From contig NC_058368.1 of the NCBI RefSeq assembly GCF_018350175.1, positions 139,192,001 through 139,256,000 of the forward strand: DNA of 64,000 nt, given 5' to 3'. Made by a program: the position numbers and the translations under genes. Below the pieces are notes generated by a model. It was not told the DNA's origin and ran no database searches. It saw only the letters and a program-made list of their open reading frames with translations. Source of the stretch: Felis catus. Taxonomy: Eukaryota. Of the stretch, positions 36,710-49,443 are shown piece by piece; position 1 is the first letter of the stretch, and every line of letters begins with the position of its first letter.

Positions 36710-36985
36710 GAGGATTATTGAAGTACACGAAAGGGGAGTGGCCAAGTCTCCAAAGAGAGCCACAGTCAATTTGTGTCAATTTTGCTCTTCATAACAAGAA
36801 GAGGGGCTTATTCTCTTCCCCTTCAATCTGGGCTGCCTTGTAACTAACTCTGACCAGGTGAATGAGGCAGAAGGGACATTCTGGGACTTAAACCCAGGCC
36901 ACACAAGGACTGGTAGCTTGTACTTTGTATGTCTTGGAATGTTCTTTCTTGGAACCCAGCGGCCATGCTGTGAGGAAGCGAGTCA
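36710..36985 (+). mobile_element. MLT1 (MaLR) fragment
   Basis: cccttcaatctgggctgccttgtaact and ggaacccagcggccatgctgtgaggaagc motifs. Confidence 0.55.
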
Positions 36986-37347
36986 TGTATCTGATTGTAG
37001 AATATATAAAGAACTCTTAAAACTGTATAATAAAGAGCTAAAAACACCAATGTAAAAATGGGCAAATTTTCAAATAGATATTTGAAAAAGAAGAAGATAC
37101 AGAAATGGCCAATGAACACATGAAAGATGCTCAACATTATTAGTTATTCAAGAAATGCAAATTAAAACCATAACAAGATACCACTTCATACCTGCTCGAA
37201 TGGCTATAATAAAAAAGACAGATAATAATTACTGTTGGTGAAAATGTAGAGCAAATGGAACGTTTGTACATTGCTGAGGTGAATGTAAAATGGTGTAGCC
37301 ACTTTGGATAACGGTTTGGCAGTTTCTTAAAGAGTTAAACATGTGTA

Positions 37348-37570
37348 TTTTTTTCATTTTTTAAAATGTGTATTTATTTTTGAGAGAGAAAGAACACGTA
37401 TGAGAAAAGGGGAGGGGCAGAGAGAGAGGAAGAGAGAGAGACAAAGAGGATCCGAAGCAGGCTCCGTGCTGACAGCAGAGAGTTCTATGCAAGGCTTGAA
37501 CTCGTAAACTGTGAGATCATGACCTGAGCCGAAGTCAAACCTCCAACTGACTGAGCCACCCAGGTGCCCC
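37348..37570 (-). mobile_element. CanSINE
   Basis: Full length, at the edge of the 37581 LTR. Confidence 0.93.
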
Positions 37571-37580
37571 TAAACATACG

Positions 37581-38127
37581 TGTATTAGGCACGTCTTTTT
37601 CTTCTAATGGTTCTGACATCCGGGGCTTTACAGACCCTGGGGAGGCTGCCCCTCTCAGGTCTAGCTAATTTCTAGAGATGGTAAACAACTTGTCCAGGAA
37701 GGCACCTTTCACATGTAAACCAACCAATCCAAAGCTGGTACCCCAACTACTTCCTTTCCAGAGCACTTAGGTATAAAAGCCATTATTTCCCCACCGTAAT
37801 CACCTCAAGGCTAAGTAACTGAGAATGTGAGACAACCCCGATGCCCTAGAGCTCGCTAAAAATTACTCAAACTAGCCAATCCCAAACCTGTTTACCATGT
37901 GTCACTTGTTCCTTCCTGCAGATACCGTAATATGTGCTTTTGCCCACGTTTTCCCCTTTCTGCCTCCTAACTGATGTGGTGCTTCCCCATATGGCCCTGC
38001 ATGGCATAGAGTGACCCCCCTCCACTTGGGAACTGTGAGTAACCGAATATTTTTTTCAGTGAAAATCATCTCTTGATCTGCCGGGCTCACCATATGTGAA
38101 TAAAACTAAAACCAACATTTTAAAACA
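37581..38127 (+). mobile_element. Solo LTR inserted in L1 3' region
   Basis: TG...CA termini, 5-bp TSD atacg/atatg, tataaaa ~37772 and AATAAA ~38099. Confidence 0.7.
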
Positions 38128-38196
38128 ATATGTTTACCATTTCATCCAGCAACTCCATTCCTAGGTATTTACCCAAGTGACATGAAACTGTATTTC

Positions 38197-38766
38197 TGAT
38201 GTGGGGAACAAAGGCAATATGGAAAAGTTCGGTTTTCTTATAATTTACAGCCCATTGACAAGTCCTTGAGACAGGCAGAGCGACTTTCTTCTAGGAACTT
38301 AACTGCCTCAATGTTAATACTTTGCTAAGGGCAAAAGGCAATGTTAGCTTAACATTATCCCAACCTCCGGGATTCTGTAAGTCTACTTTAACATATGCAA
38401 GTTTCTTAGAAAACTTCCTTTATCTCTACCCCCATATATGGGTTAGCAATCATCCTTCAAGCATATGGCCTCCTGAGATACATCTGAATGGTCTCATGAC
38501 TGAGTTTTTACTCAACAGTAATAAATGACCTTTTCCTATCAGCAGCTGACCCCCAAGGTCCTGGAAACCTTGCTTCCAAATTCCTTAAGAGACTTAAGCT
38601 ATCCCTAACCCCATCCCAACTTGAAGGTATATAATCAGTCACCAGTCACAACCCAGTACAGCTCTTTCAGCCCATGGATCCTGTCCCTGTGCTTTAATAA
38701 GACCACCTTTTTGCACTGAAAATGTCTCAAGAATTCTTTCTTGACTGTTTGTTCTGAACTCCAACA
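38197..38766 (+). mobile_element. Solo LTR (carnivore ERV1-like) inserted in L1 3' region
   Basis: TG...CA termini with tttc on both sides, tatataa ~38628; L1 resumes at ~38770. Confidence 0.75.
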
Positions 38767-39264
38767 TTTCCACACAAAGATGAGCACGTGAATATTCATA
38801 GAAGCATTATTCATCATAGTCAAAAAGTGGAAATAACCCCCAAATCCATCAACTGATGAACAGATACAATGTATTATATCCATACAATGGAATATATTTT
38901 ATATGTTTTTTTATTCAGAAATAAAAACCTTGACCTACTGAAAGATGCTAAAACATAACAAAACTAAAAATAATTATACTAAGTGAAAGAAGCTAAGGCA
39001 CGAAAGACCACACACTGTATAATTCCTTTTATAAAAATGTCCAGTAAAGCCAAATTTATAAAGAGAAAACATATTTGTGATTGGCTGGGACTGGGATGGG
39101 AACAGAGACTGCGAATGGGCATGGAAGTTCTCTTTGGGCTCATGAAAATATTCTAAAACTGGATTGTGGAGATACATGCGCAGCTATGTTAATGTACTAA
39201 CCATTGAATTGTGTCCTTAAAATAGGTGAATTTTACAGTATGTAAATTATTCCTCAACAAAGTT

Positions 39265-39752
39265 GTTTTTATTTATTGATTTATTTATTTAAAAAATTTT
39301 ATTTAACATTTATTCATTTTTTTTAATTTTTTTAAATTTTTTTTTCAACGTTTATTTATTTTTGGGACAGAGAGAGACAGAGCATTAACAGGGGAGGGGC
39401 AGAGAGAGAGGGAGACACAGAATCGGAAACAGGCTCCAGGCTCTGAGCCATCAGCCCAGAGCCTGACGCGGGGCTCGAACCCACGGACTGTGAGATCGTG
39501 ACCTGGCTGAAGTCGGACGCTTAACCGACTGCGCCACCCAGGCGCCCCAACATTTATTCATTTTTGAGAGATGGAGAGAGACAGAGCATGAGCAGGGGAG
39601 GGGCAGAGAGAGAGGCAGACAATAATCCGAAGCAGGCTCCAGCCTCTGAGCTGTCAGCACAGAGCCTGACGCGGGGCTCGAACTTGTGAACTGCAAGATC
39701 ATGACCTGAGCGGAAGTCAGACGCTTAACCGACTGAACCAGCCAGGTGCCCA
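39265..39752 (-). mobile_element. CanSINE with a younger copy inserted in its tail
   Basis: Body 39549-39752; the tail continues left of the inserted copy. Confidence 0.92.
39318..39548 (-). mobile_element. Young felid CanSINE nested in a SINE tail
   Basis: TSD aacatttattcattttt. Confidence 0.97.
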
Positions 39753-40079
39753 CGAAGTTGTTTTGAAAAATAAGAAAGTCTGGAACAAGGAAGTCAATGC
39801 CTGGGGGATGAATATAATGTTCCAGCACTGTCAGGTTGCCATTCGGTTTTCTTACATCTACCAGTACCTACCAGATGGAAGTTCTGTGGGGGTACCCAAG
39901 AAGCCATCCTGACTGGACTAAACAAAATCTGGGTAGACATGCTGGATTCCCCTCCAGGTAGGGCCATATCACATTAATGCTTTGTGTGTGTATCTATGTA
40001 TGTATAGGGAGAATGTGTGCTTCAATGGCAAACTACAATACACCCTTTCTCTTTACAGATGCTGATTCCGTAGAAGCTA

Positions 40080-40231
40080 TTTTATTTATTTATTTATTTT
40101 TAAAGTCTACTTGTTTTTGAGAGAGCGCACGTGTGCAAGCGGGGGAGGGGCAGTGGGGAGGCGGGGGAGAGACAGAGAATCCCAAGCAGGCTCTGCACTG
40201 ATGCTTAATCTACTGAGCCACCCAGGTGCCC
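40080..40231 (-). mobile_element. CanSINE with internal deletion
   Basis: agctatttta on both flanks; central part missing. Confidence 0.88.
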
Positions 40232-40531
40232 TCGTGGGAGCTATTTTATAACTCTTTACCTTGTAGATAACAGAAATGTAAAATGATTCTTGTCTAGAGC
40301 CATGCAAATTCTGCCCTGTTCAACAGAGGCTCAATTGACTTCCCTCCCCCATCCGGAGGAAGCTCATTTTGCCTCCGTTTGCACATTCATTGAACCACTT
40401 CCTGCTTTATAATTGTGTCCATTCTTTGACTTCTCCAGTCATAACATCTGTCAGATTCCCTAATTCTGAAAAAAAAAAAAACCCATAATCTTTAACATGT
40501 TCATTTTATTTCTGAATGAGAATCATGATTT

Positions 40532-40534
<3 letters not shown>

Positions 40535-40584
<50 letters not shown>

Positions 40585-40781
40585 CTCTTTTTTAAACGTA
40601 TATTTATTTTTGAGAGAGACAGAGTGTGAGCAGGGACGGGCAGAGAGGGAGGGAGACACAGAATCCCAAGCAGGCTCCAGGCTCTGAGCTGTCAGCACAG
40701 AGCCCAATGTGGGGCTCAAACTCGTGAACCACAAGATCATGACCTGAGCCGAAGTTGGACACTTAACCAACTAAGCCACCC
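40535..40781 (-). mobile_element. CanSINE with (GAAA)n tail, slightly 5'-truncated
   Basis: Near-TSD catgatttt(t)atcttt. Confidence 0.93.
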
Positions 40782-40847
40782 ATGATTTTATCTTTTTGTG
40801 TAAGCTATCTTTCACATATTGTCTTTAATAGACTTACTTTTAGTTAC

Positions 40848-41082
40848 TTTTTATTTAAAAAATTTTTTTAAATGTTTATTTTTATTTTTGACAGAGAGAG
40901 AGAGAGAGACAGAGCATGAGCGGGGGGAGGGGCAGAGAGAGAGGGAGACACAGAATCCGAAGCAGGCTCCAGGCTCCGAGCTGTCAGCACAGAGCCTGAT
41001 GAGGGGTTCGAACTCACAAGCTGTGAGATCATGACCTGAGCTGAAGACGGACGCCCAACCGACGGAGCCACTCAGGCGCCCC
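40848..41082 (-). mobile_element. CanSINE
   Basis: Full length. Confidence 0.95.
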
Positions 41083-41822
41083 AAGACTTATTTTTTTCTA
41101 AGAGCAGTTCTAGGTTCACAGCAAAATTGATCACAAAGTACAGTTTCCATATACCCCTGTCCTCACATACACACAGCATCCCCAGCGGTCAACATCAGGC
41201 ACCAGTGCCTCATTTACCACATCAAGAATGTTCAGTGACACGCCATTATCCTCCAAAGTCTATATAACATGTTTTTAAGGTATCAATAAGTTTTTGTCAT
41301 CTTTATAAAATCTCAAGATAACCTTGCAATGCATCATACTACCTAGATGCAGTCCAGATAGGTCTCCTAAATGAGCCACCTCAGCGTGTCTTTCAGAATT
41401 CTGCTTCAACACTGTTTCTGCCTAAGGGTGCTACCCGTTATAAGAGGATGACAGATGCCATCCACAGAGAAGCCTGTGGGATCCTTAGCCAGAGAATGAA
41501 CCTCTTCCAAATCTCTATCATGCATGCACATACCCTCATGCTTTATTTCATAAAGAATTAAACTGAATTAAGCTGAACTGAATTTCACAATTCACCTACT
41601 TGCTTGTGCCAGAAACCCGATGGTTACCCATAGAGTCCCTCTTTACCTTCCTTTATTTTTTGTATTCAACAAATAACTGTCACATGTCCGATCTGAGCAG
41701 ACACACTACTAGACCTTGGAGAGACAATGAGCGTGGGTGCAGTCCCTACTTCTGTGGAACTTATGATGCCTAGATAATCATACAAATATATGCTGAAAAC
41801 ATGCTATGAAAAAAAGCCATGA

Positions 41823-42052
41823 GGGGCGCCTGGGTGGCGCAGTCGGTTAAGCGTCCGACTTCAGCCAGGTCACGATCTCGCGGTCCGTGAGTTCGAGCCC
41901 CGCGTCGGGCTCTGGGCTGATGGCTCGGAGCCTGGAGCCTGCTTCCGATTCTGTGTCTCCCTCTCTCTCTGCCCCTCCCCCGTTCATGCTCTGTCTCTCT
42001 CTGTCCCCAAAAATAAATAAACGTTGAAAAAAAAAATTTTAAAAAAAGAAAA
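41823..42052 (+). mobile_element. Young felid CanSINE
   Basis: TSD aaaaaaagccatga. Confidence 0.97.
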
Positions 42053-42294
42053 AAAGCCATGACTTAAAATCAGGGCCCCTGATTTTTAGCTGGGCAGCGA
42101 GGTGGGGCCAGGGGAAGCTTCTCTGAAGAAATGACATTTGGACTGAAATCTGAAGTTGGGTGGAAGTTAGGCATGGATGAAGTGGAATGGAAGTGTAGTG
42201 TGTGTGTTCACGTGTGTGTGTTTGTGTGTGTGTGTAGGCAGTATGGGAGTTAAGCAGTCCCTACCAGGCAGCAGAAAAAGCTAAGATAAAATTC

Positions 42295-42519
42295 TTTTTT
42301 AAAAAAATGTTTTTTATTATTTATTTATTTTGCAAGAGGGAGAGAGGGAGAGAATAAGCAGGGAAGGGGCAGAGAGAGGGAGGGAGAGAGTCCCAAGCAA
42401 GCTCTGCCTTTTCAGCCCAGAGCCCGTCACAGGGCTGTATCTCATGAACCAGGAGATCATGACCTGAGCCGAAATCAAGAGTCAGCTGCTTAACTGACCG
42501 AGCCACCTGGTTGCCCCCC
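42295..42519 (-). mobile_element. CanSINE (older type)
   Basis: Head, body, tail. Confidence 0.9.
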
Positions 42520-42708
42520 ACCAAAAAATTCTTGAGGAGAGAAAGAGCATTCTAGTTGCTGTCAGGCCACCATGGTGAGAGTTTGGGCAGACAGTGGAGG
42601 ATGGAGATACGAGTCTGGTGATCTAGAGAGGTCAGTCTTTGGAGGACATGGGAAGAAATTTTATTTATTTCAAGAGCAGAGGGAAGATGTTAAAATATTT
42701 GTATCCCA

Positions 42709-42812
42709 GGGCACCTGGCTGGCTCAGTCAGTGGAGCATGTAATTCTTGATGCGGGGGTTTTGAGTTCGAGCCCCATGTTGGGTGTAGAGATTACTTAAA
42801 AATAAAATCTTT
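42709..42812 (+). mobile_element. Short CanSINE
   Basis: tRNA head plus tail. Confidence 0.88.
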
Positions 42813-42969
42813 ATAAGTATATTCGAATCCTTTATGAAATACTCTATATTGGAAAAGATCATTTTATAGAATATGGTCAGGGGACACATTGGATTTTGCA
42901 ACAGTCCAGGGTGGAAAGAGTATTTGTTTGGACTAGAACTGTGGCAGTGGAGTTGAAAAGAAATGGAGG

Positions 42970-43656
42970 TGTAAGCAGGAAGAGTTAGAGCTCCCTGGAA
43001 AAAGAAAGACAAGACATAGCTTTCCTTGACATGAGAAAAAGTCATTTTAGGCGCCTGGCAATCTTGTGACCTGGGCACTACTTGCCCAAAGCACATTTCT
43101 TGCAGAACTTCTTGGAAGATGTTGAAACTGCAGAAGGATAGACTCTATCATTAATGACTTTAAGGGAACAAAAGAATGTAGGCACAAAGGGCCACTACCA
43201 GGAAATAGCCTAATCGTATCAGGGACAATAAATCAGTGGTAAAACTCCCAGTGCTGGTTCCAAAGTAAAGGTTGACCTGAAGCACATTCTTAACTTATCT
43301 TTGCAGGATCTAAACTCCTTTGAGTGCTCAAATACTGGACCAACTGGAGCCAGAGAATTGATGACATCTGACCCTTGCTGGCCCTCATGACTCAGATCAA
43401 CCAAGACCTGGACTCTGTCGCCTTAAGAGGACTTTTGCCTCAATTCCATGCCGAGTTCCCCATTGTGCAAACCTCTTCATGAATACGTATGCACCGCGTC
43501 ACCAGTTTTGTTGTTTGAGGAGATACTGCTTTGGGAAATATCATCTGTGTTCTTCTTTACTTGTTGCAAGTAAAACCCTTCCTTTTCCTTTTCTTTGGCT
43601 TGGCTGTGTCTTTTGGCTTGACACCCACAAAGAGGCAAACTCAGTTCCGGGTAGCA
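42970..43656 (+). mobile_element. Solo LTR (ERV1-like)
   Basis: tgtaagcagg...gtagca termini with exact 4-bp TSD gagg (42966-42969 and 43657-43660). Confidence 0.85.
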
Positions 43657-44063
43657 GAGGGACACAGGTGATATTTAGAAAATAAATTAGAAAGGACTAG
43701 GTGATGGACCAAAAGTGAGAGACGATGCAGGAGATGAGTCAAAGATGAGTTTTAGGTCAGCGACTTGTGCTACTACTGGGTGAGGTCCTTCCCTGAGGCA
43801 GGGGACACCAGAGGAGACCACACTCCCCCATCCCCTGTTTTTGTCTCAGGAAATCTCTCCAGCCGCTCCCAAGGGTTTGGTTTCTTGCACAGAAGGGCAT
43901 GAGTGGTCAGTCTCCTTTTCCTGGAAAATGACCAGCATAAACCCAAAATGAACATAGATTTTTCTAAACAAAAGCCAGTAAAGGGGGCTGTCTAATGCAA
44001 CATCTCTGTTAGGTCCAACTACACAAATGCTCAAGAACAAGGACACATAAAAGCCTGCTCAGC

Positions 44064-44284
44064 TTCTTCTTCTTCTTCTTTTTTTAATGTTTATTTTTGA
44101 GAGAGACAGAGCCAGAACATGAGCAGGGGAGGGGCAGAGAGAGAGAGGGAGACACAGAATCCCAAGCAGGCTCCAGGCTCTGAGCTGTCAGCACAGAGCC
44201 CCATGTGGGGCTCAAACCCACGAACTGTGAGATCATGTCCAGAGCCGAAGTTGAATGCTTAACTGACTGAGCTACCCAGGCGCC
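44064..44284 (-). mobile_element. CanSINE
   Basis: Full length. Confidence 0.95.
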
Positions 44285-44762
44285 ATAAGCCTAGTCAACT
44301 TCTTGAAGTAGGGAAGGGAAAATGCTGGGAGAGAAAAAAACGGCAGGTAGGGGGGAAAAAGGAGGAGGACAGTGACCTACACGATCCTGGAACTCACAGG
44401 GAGAAAAAGTTATCTCACTGATGGTAATTCCCAATAGGCACATCCAGTTAGTCACAGAGTCCTATTGAATGGGCTTCTGTAATAGCCTGTGAGTTAACCC
44501 TCTAGCTTCATTTCACTGCCTCCGTTCAAAGTAGGTGATCAGGTCCTCATGACTTCTTTACCTGAACTGCTATAATAACAATTGTATCAGGGCCGTATTT
44601 GGCTGCATGGAACAGAAACCCAAATATAGTGGTCTCACCAAATGGAAATGAACAGTACGGAGCTGGTATAGCAGGTCAAGAAGTTATCAGGGACTGACCT
44701 CCAGATTCATAATCACATTCCAGGCGGGAAGGCGGCACCTTAATCAGAAAAGTAAAACTTTT

Positions 44763-44985
44763 GGGCCGCCTGGGTGGCTCCGTCGGTTAAGCGGCCGACT
44801 TCGGCTGAGGTCATGATCTTACAGTTTGTGAGCTCGAGCCCCTCGACGGGCTCTGTGCTGACAGCTCAGAGCCTGGAGCCTGCTTCAAATTCTGTGTCTC
44901 GTCCTCTCTCTGCCCCTTCCCCGCTCATGCTCTGTCTCTGTCTCTCAATAGTGAATAAATGTTTAAAACGATTTTTTTTAAAGAA
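44763..44985 (+). mobile_element. CanSINE
   Basis: TSD agaaaagtaaaactttt. Confidence 0.95.
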
Positions 44986-44994
44986 AAGTAAAAC

Positions 44995-45141
44995 TTTTTT
45001 TTTTTTTTTAACGTAGGCTTTCAGCCCAGCACGAAGCCCAACACTGAGCCCAATGCAGGGTTTGAACTTAAGGCTTGAGATCAAGCCCTGAGCTGACACC
45101 AAGAGTCAGACATTTAACCAACGGAGCCACCCAGGGGCCCC
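44995..45141 (-). mobile_element. Short CanSINE variant
   Basis: Head and tail without CT-rich body. Confidence 0.85.
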
Positions 45142-46192
45142 TCTTTTTCTTTTTCTTTCTCTACTGAGAAGGTATGGAGGATGGATAAAGACTAGTTCAT
45201 GGATAGTATCTGCCTCAGCTCCTCACCTTAGTTCACTGCAGCTAATCCCGCCCCTTTTTCCAAAGCCTTCTCTATGCGCTCGCTAGAGGCATCATTCTAA
45301 GATCAGATCGTGTCACTCTCTTGCTTCAAGTATTTTAGTGGTAACCAAGGCTTTCAGGATAAAATTCCAATTCCTAGCTAGGGCACGAGGCCCTTCGGGA
45401 TCCGGGTCCACCTCTCCCTCCTCCCATCTCCCCTCTCCTGTAGGGTCCCAGGGCACAGCTGCCCCTGCACATCCCAAAGCTGACAGTGTTACAAGTCCGT
45501 GCACCCCTACTCGTTGCCTTCCCCGAATTGCCAGTCCCCTCTCATCCCAAGCTCAATTCTAGCTTTTGCCAGACTTCAGTGGGGACGCAATTTCTTCTCA
45601 AGTCTTTCTGGGTGTTCTTTCTCTCCCCTGGCTTTTTGGCTTTTCCTGTGCTGTAGATGGCACTTCTCACACGGCAGGCCTGTTATTGGTTCACTAGACC
45701 CAAGAGCCCCTCAAGGGGAGAGACCGTATTTCAGCGTGAGCCATCAGGAGATAAGCTCTGAATGAATGAATCCAGCCCCATTTGGAATGATCATGTCTTT
45801 GCAGAGGAGACCGACGTAGAGAGCAGCCCATGTATTACATATTTAGCAACCTTGCCCTTTGAGGAAAGGCAGAAAATGGGAGACGAAGTTGTGGCAAATG
45901 CTTCAGGGTGGTCTTCCCTTACCGATCTTTGGAGTAGCTAAGAGCCTTCAACCTCCTTTCCTAGAGAATGCTTTCCAGATCAAGAAGGAAATAAAATTTT
46001 CTTGAGTCTCATTTTGAGTCTCCTTTTCCCTCTCCTTACCTCATAAATCCAGATGTAATGGAAGTTCCAAAAGATGACAAAGTAAACAAAACACGAAGAG
46101 GAAGAAACACAGGGTTTATGCCATTACCTCCAACATGAGTGAGACATGGGCAAAGATTGTGCCTTCCTATTCACCTATAGAGGCTTCACAGC

Positions 46193-46602
46193 CTGTTATA
46201 GGGGAATGTTTGCATAATATCCACTGTCCCCTCTCCCAGATATGTATGTTGAAGCCCTTCCCTCCCCCCCCCCCCCCCCCGCACCCAGTGTGGCTGTATT
46301 TGGAGTAAGGAAGTAATTAAGGTTAAATGAAGTTGTACAGATGGGGCCCTCATCCAATAGGATTAGCGTCCTTATAAGAAGAGACAACAGAGACCTCTCT
46401 ACCCACACCCTGCATCCACACTGAGGAAAGTCCATGTGAGGGCACAGCAAAAGGGTAGCCACTTGTAAGCCAGGAAGAGAGCTCTCACAAGACACCAAAT
46501 CTATTGGACTTCCAGCCTCCAGAACTGTGACAAAATTAACTTCTATTGTTGAAACCACCCAGTCTGTAATATTTTGTTATGGCAGCCCAAGCAGACTGTG
46601 AC
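46193..46602 (+). mobile_element. MLT1 (MaLR) solo LTR
   Basis: tatgttgaagccct...gtggctgtatttggag...cagtctgtaatattttgttatggcagccc matches the recalled MLT1 layout. Confidence 0.8.
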
Positions 46603-46823
46603 CCAGCCCTTGGAATGTGCTTCCTACCTAGTGAGTAGTCAAGTATTTGCCAAATTATGTATGTGTATAATGATATATCTATAAAAGTGTATAAAACAGC
46701 TGTGAAGATTGTGATTATGGGTGATTTTCATTTTTGTCACTCCTGTTTCTGTATAATTTGAACTCTTTAGGGTGTTTGTATATTACTCTGTGTAGTTTTT
46801 TTTAAGGTCTAAATAAATTTTTA

Positions 46824-47055
46824 GGGGCGCCTGGATGGCTCAGTCAGTTAAGCATCCAACTTTGGCTCATGTCATGATCTCATGGTTTGGGAGTTCAAGC
46901 CCCACATCAGGCTCTGTGCTGACAGCTCAGATCCTGGAGCCTGCTTCGGATTCTGTCTCCTTCTCTCTCTGCCCATCCCTTGCTTGTGCTTTGTCTCTTT
47001 CTCTTTCAAAAATAAATAAACATTTAAAAAAATTTTTAAAAAGATTAAAAAAAAT
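46824..47055 (+). mobile_element. CanSINE
   Basis: Full length. Confidence 0.95.
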
Positions 47056-47146
47056 TAAGTACAATCTATCTCACAACATGGGGCTCAAACTCATGACCCC
47101 CAAATCAAGAGTCACATGCTCTTCCCACTGAGGAGCCAGGTGCCCC
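47055..47146 (-). mobile_element. Short CanSINE
   Basis: tRNA head. Confidence 0.8.
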
Positions 47147-47169
47147 TATACTAAGTTTTAAAGAAGCAA

Positions 47170-47170
47170 T

Positions 47171-47205
<35 letters not shown>

Positions 47206-47418
47206 TTTTAATTTTTAACGTTTATTTCTTTTTTGAGACAGAGAGACACAGAGCATGTACGGGGGAGGGTCAGAGAGAAGGAGACACAGAATCCGAAACA
47301 GGCTCCAGGCTCTGAGCTGTCAGCACAGAGCTCGATGCAGGGCTCAAATTCACGGACCACGAGATCATGACCTGAGCCGAAGTCGGCCGCTTAACCGACT
47401 GAGCCACCCAGGCGCCCC
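47170..47418 (-). mobile_element. CanSINE with (AAAT)n tail
   Basis: TSD agaagcaatt. Confidence 0.95.
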
Positions 47419-47995
47419 TTACAGAAGCAATTTAAATCATATACCATACAAAGCTAGATGTTTTATACTCAGAACAGACCAGGATATAATCATGGGTCAT
47501 GGAGGCAACGTTCTGGATCTTAGAGCAGAAGACATCTCTTGTGTGGGCTGTACACAATGTCTCTTACCAAGGTTAAAGCATCTGGAGGTGAATTTCTTGA
47601 CAGTCTGCTTAGAGGTGTTAGGATTGAGGTTGCAGGTGTGAGCTCTGATAGGCTAGGGATAGTGTCAGGCTTTGCTCATTATTATATTTTCAGTACCTAG
47701 GATGGTGGGACAGAGTTGCCAATAGTTCATTGAGTTAAAAAAAAAAAAAAAAAAAGACCTCATTCTTTTGGTTAAACACAAAGAGATTTGCCGAACAATC
47801 AAACGAATGACCAAGGGGGATCTCAGATGTAAAGTGATTCTATTTCTTTTGAAATTTGAGAGCAACCATATCTAAGCAGGAAAACCAATTTGTAGGAGCC
47901 GGGTGGGTGATGGAATGCAGAGTAATTCAAACGTGCAGCACTTAGCTTCCTGAATCACTAACCTCTTGCTCCTGGCTCTCTCTTGCTCTGTTCAG

Positions 47996-48154
47996 GAAGT
48001 TTTGTCTATGTGAGAGGCCTGTTCTTAGCAGGCCAGAGTAATTTCTAAAATCAGAATTAGTGAACCAATCCACTCATGAAGATCCTGATTGTTGGGACTG
48101 AAACCCAACAGGCTTTAGATTTCAATATAATTTGTGTGATAGGGACCTCTTGTG
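47996..48154 (+). other. Candidate non-coding exon, 159 nt
   Basis: Branch-point-like CACTAAC 47956-47962, pyrimidine tract ending ttcag|, donor GTG|GTAAGT. Stops in all three frames. Confidence 0.3.
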
Positions 48155-48416
48155 GTAAGTCTGTGTACTTGATCTCATAGCACCTAGAAAATACACACAA
48201 ACATACTCAGAGGTGAAAGGACTATTATTTTTTGGGACATAAATACAAATGTTGAACGTTAACAAAATAGAAATACAAATGGTCAGTAAATAACTAAAAG
48301 ATTTTCAATGTCTAGTATTTAAGGAAATTTAAAGGGTGATGTGTGTGTATGTGCATGCGTGTTTAGTACAGCATTTCATTTCATTTCATGTCATTATTTT
48401 TTAAGATTAAAAAAAT

Positions 48417-48633
48417 TTTTTTAATGTTTATTTATTCTTGAGAGAGAGCGACAGAAGATGAGTGGGGGAGGGGCAGAGAGAGAGGGAGACACAGAATCCG
48501 AAGCAGGCTCCAGACTCCAGGCTCGGAGCTGTCAGCACAGAGCCGGTCACAGGGCTTGAACCCTCCAATCATGATGAGATGGTGACCTAAGTCGAAGTTG
48601 GAGGCCCAAACGACTGAGCCACCCATGCGCCCC
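48417..48633 (-). mobile_element. CanSINE
   Basis: Full length, abutting a short SINE. Confidence 0.92.
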
Positions 48634-48637
48634 TAAG

Positions 48638-48737
48638 ATTTTATTTTCAAGTAACCTCTCCACCTAACATGGGGCTCAAACTCAGAACCCTGAGATCAAG
48701 AGTTGCATATTCCACCAACTGAGCTGACCAGGTGCCC
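48638..48737 (-). mobile_element. Short CanSINE
   Basis: tRNA head plus tail. Confidence 0.85.
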
Positions 48738-48977
48738 TAGTACACAATTATAAAGGGAGTTATGGCCAGTGTTGAGAGAAGGGAAATAGAAGGGAAATAG
48801 ACACCACACACACCTACAGAATTACCAGGAGGGTACACTGACAAAACAACTACTACATTCCCTTTCTGGAAAGAAATAAGGTGTTAAAGCTGCTTTAAAA
48901 TGTTCGTATTTCCTAACCTAGTAATAATACTTCTAGAAAATTTTCCAGTAGAAATGATTAAAGACACTGACAAGTTG

Positions 48978-49191
48978 TTTTTTTTTTTAACGTTTTTATT
49001 TATTTTTGGGACAGAGAGAGACAGAGCATGAACGGGGAAGGCCAGAGAGAGAGGGAGACACAGAATCGGAAACAGGCTCCAGGCTCCGAGCCATCAGCCC
49101 AGAGCCTGACGCGGGGCTCGAACTCACGGACCGCGAGATCGTGACCTGGCTGAAGTCGGACGCTTAACCGACTGCGCCACCCAGGCGCCCC
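48978..49191 (-). mobile_element. Young felid CanSINE
   Basis: TSD acactgacaagtt. Confidence 0.97.
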
Positions 49192-49329
49192 AACACTGAC
49201 AAGTTTTGCATATCAGGCTTTTCTTCAACTTACAGAACAGAAAAAAGGAAATGTATGAAAATAGGAAGATAGCTAATTAAATGATGCTATTTCCACATAA
49301 AGGAATACTACTTAGCATTTAAAATTCCA

Positions 49330-49443
49330 TTTTATTTTTATTTTTTTGTTTTTAACTAATCTTTGCACCCAACATGGGGTTTGAACTTACAACCCCAAGA
49401 CCATGAGTCACATGCTCCACTGTCCAAGCCAGCCAGGTGTCCC
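49330..49443 (-). mobile_element. Short CanSINE
   Basis: tRNA head plus tail. Confidence 0.8.

Larger units (their letters stand above)
36985..39265 (+). mobile_element. Old L1 3' portion split by a SINE and two solo LTRs
   Basis: ORF2 C-terminal nucleotide motifs (gaaatgcaaattaaaacca, ccattcctaggtatttaccc) followed by 3'UTR-like sequence. Confidence 0.85.
41660..43820 (-). mobile_element. L2 remnant with nested SINEs and LTR
   Basis: attcaacaaata...ccttggagagaca and ggaagcttctctgaagaaatgacatttg motifs. Confidence 0.6.

Noticed and set aside
14738..43656. Possible full provirus bounded by the two related LTRs
   Set aside because: The LTRs are too divergent, the right one has its own TSD, they are 27 kb apart, and no gag/pol/env lies between them.
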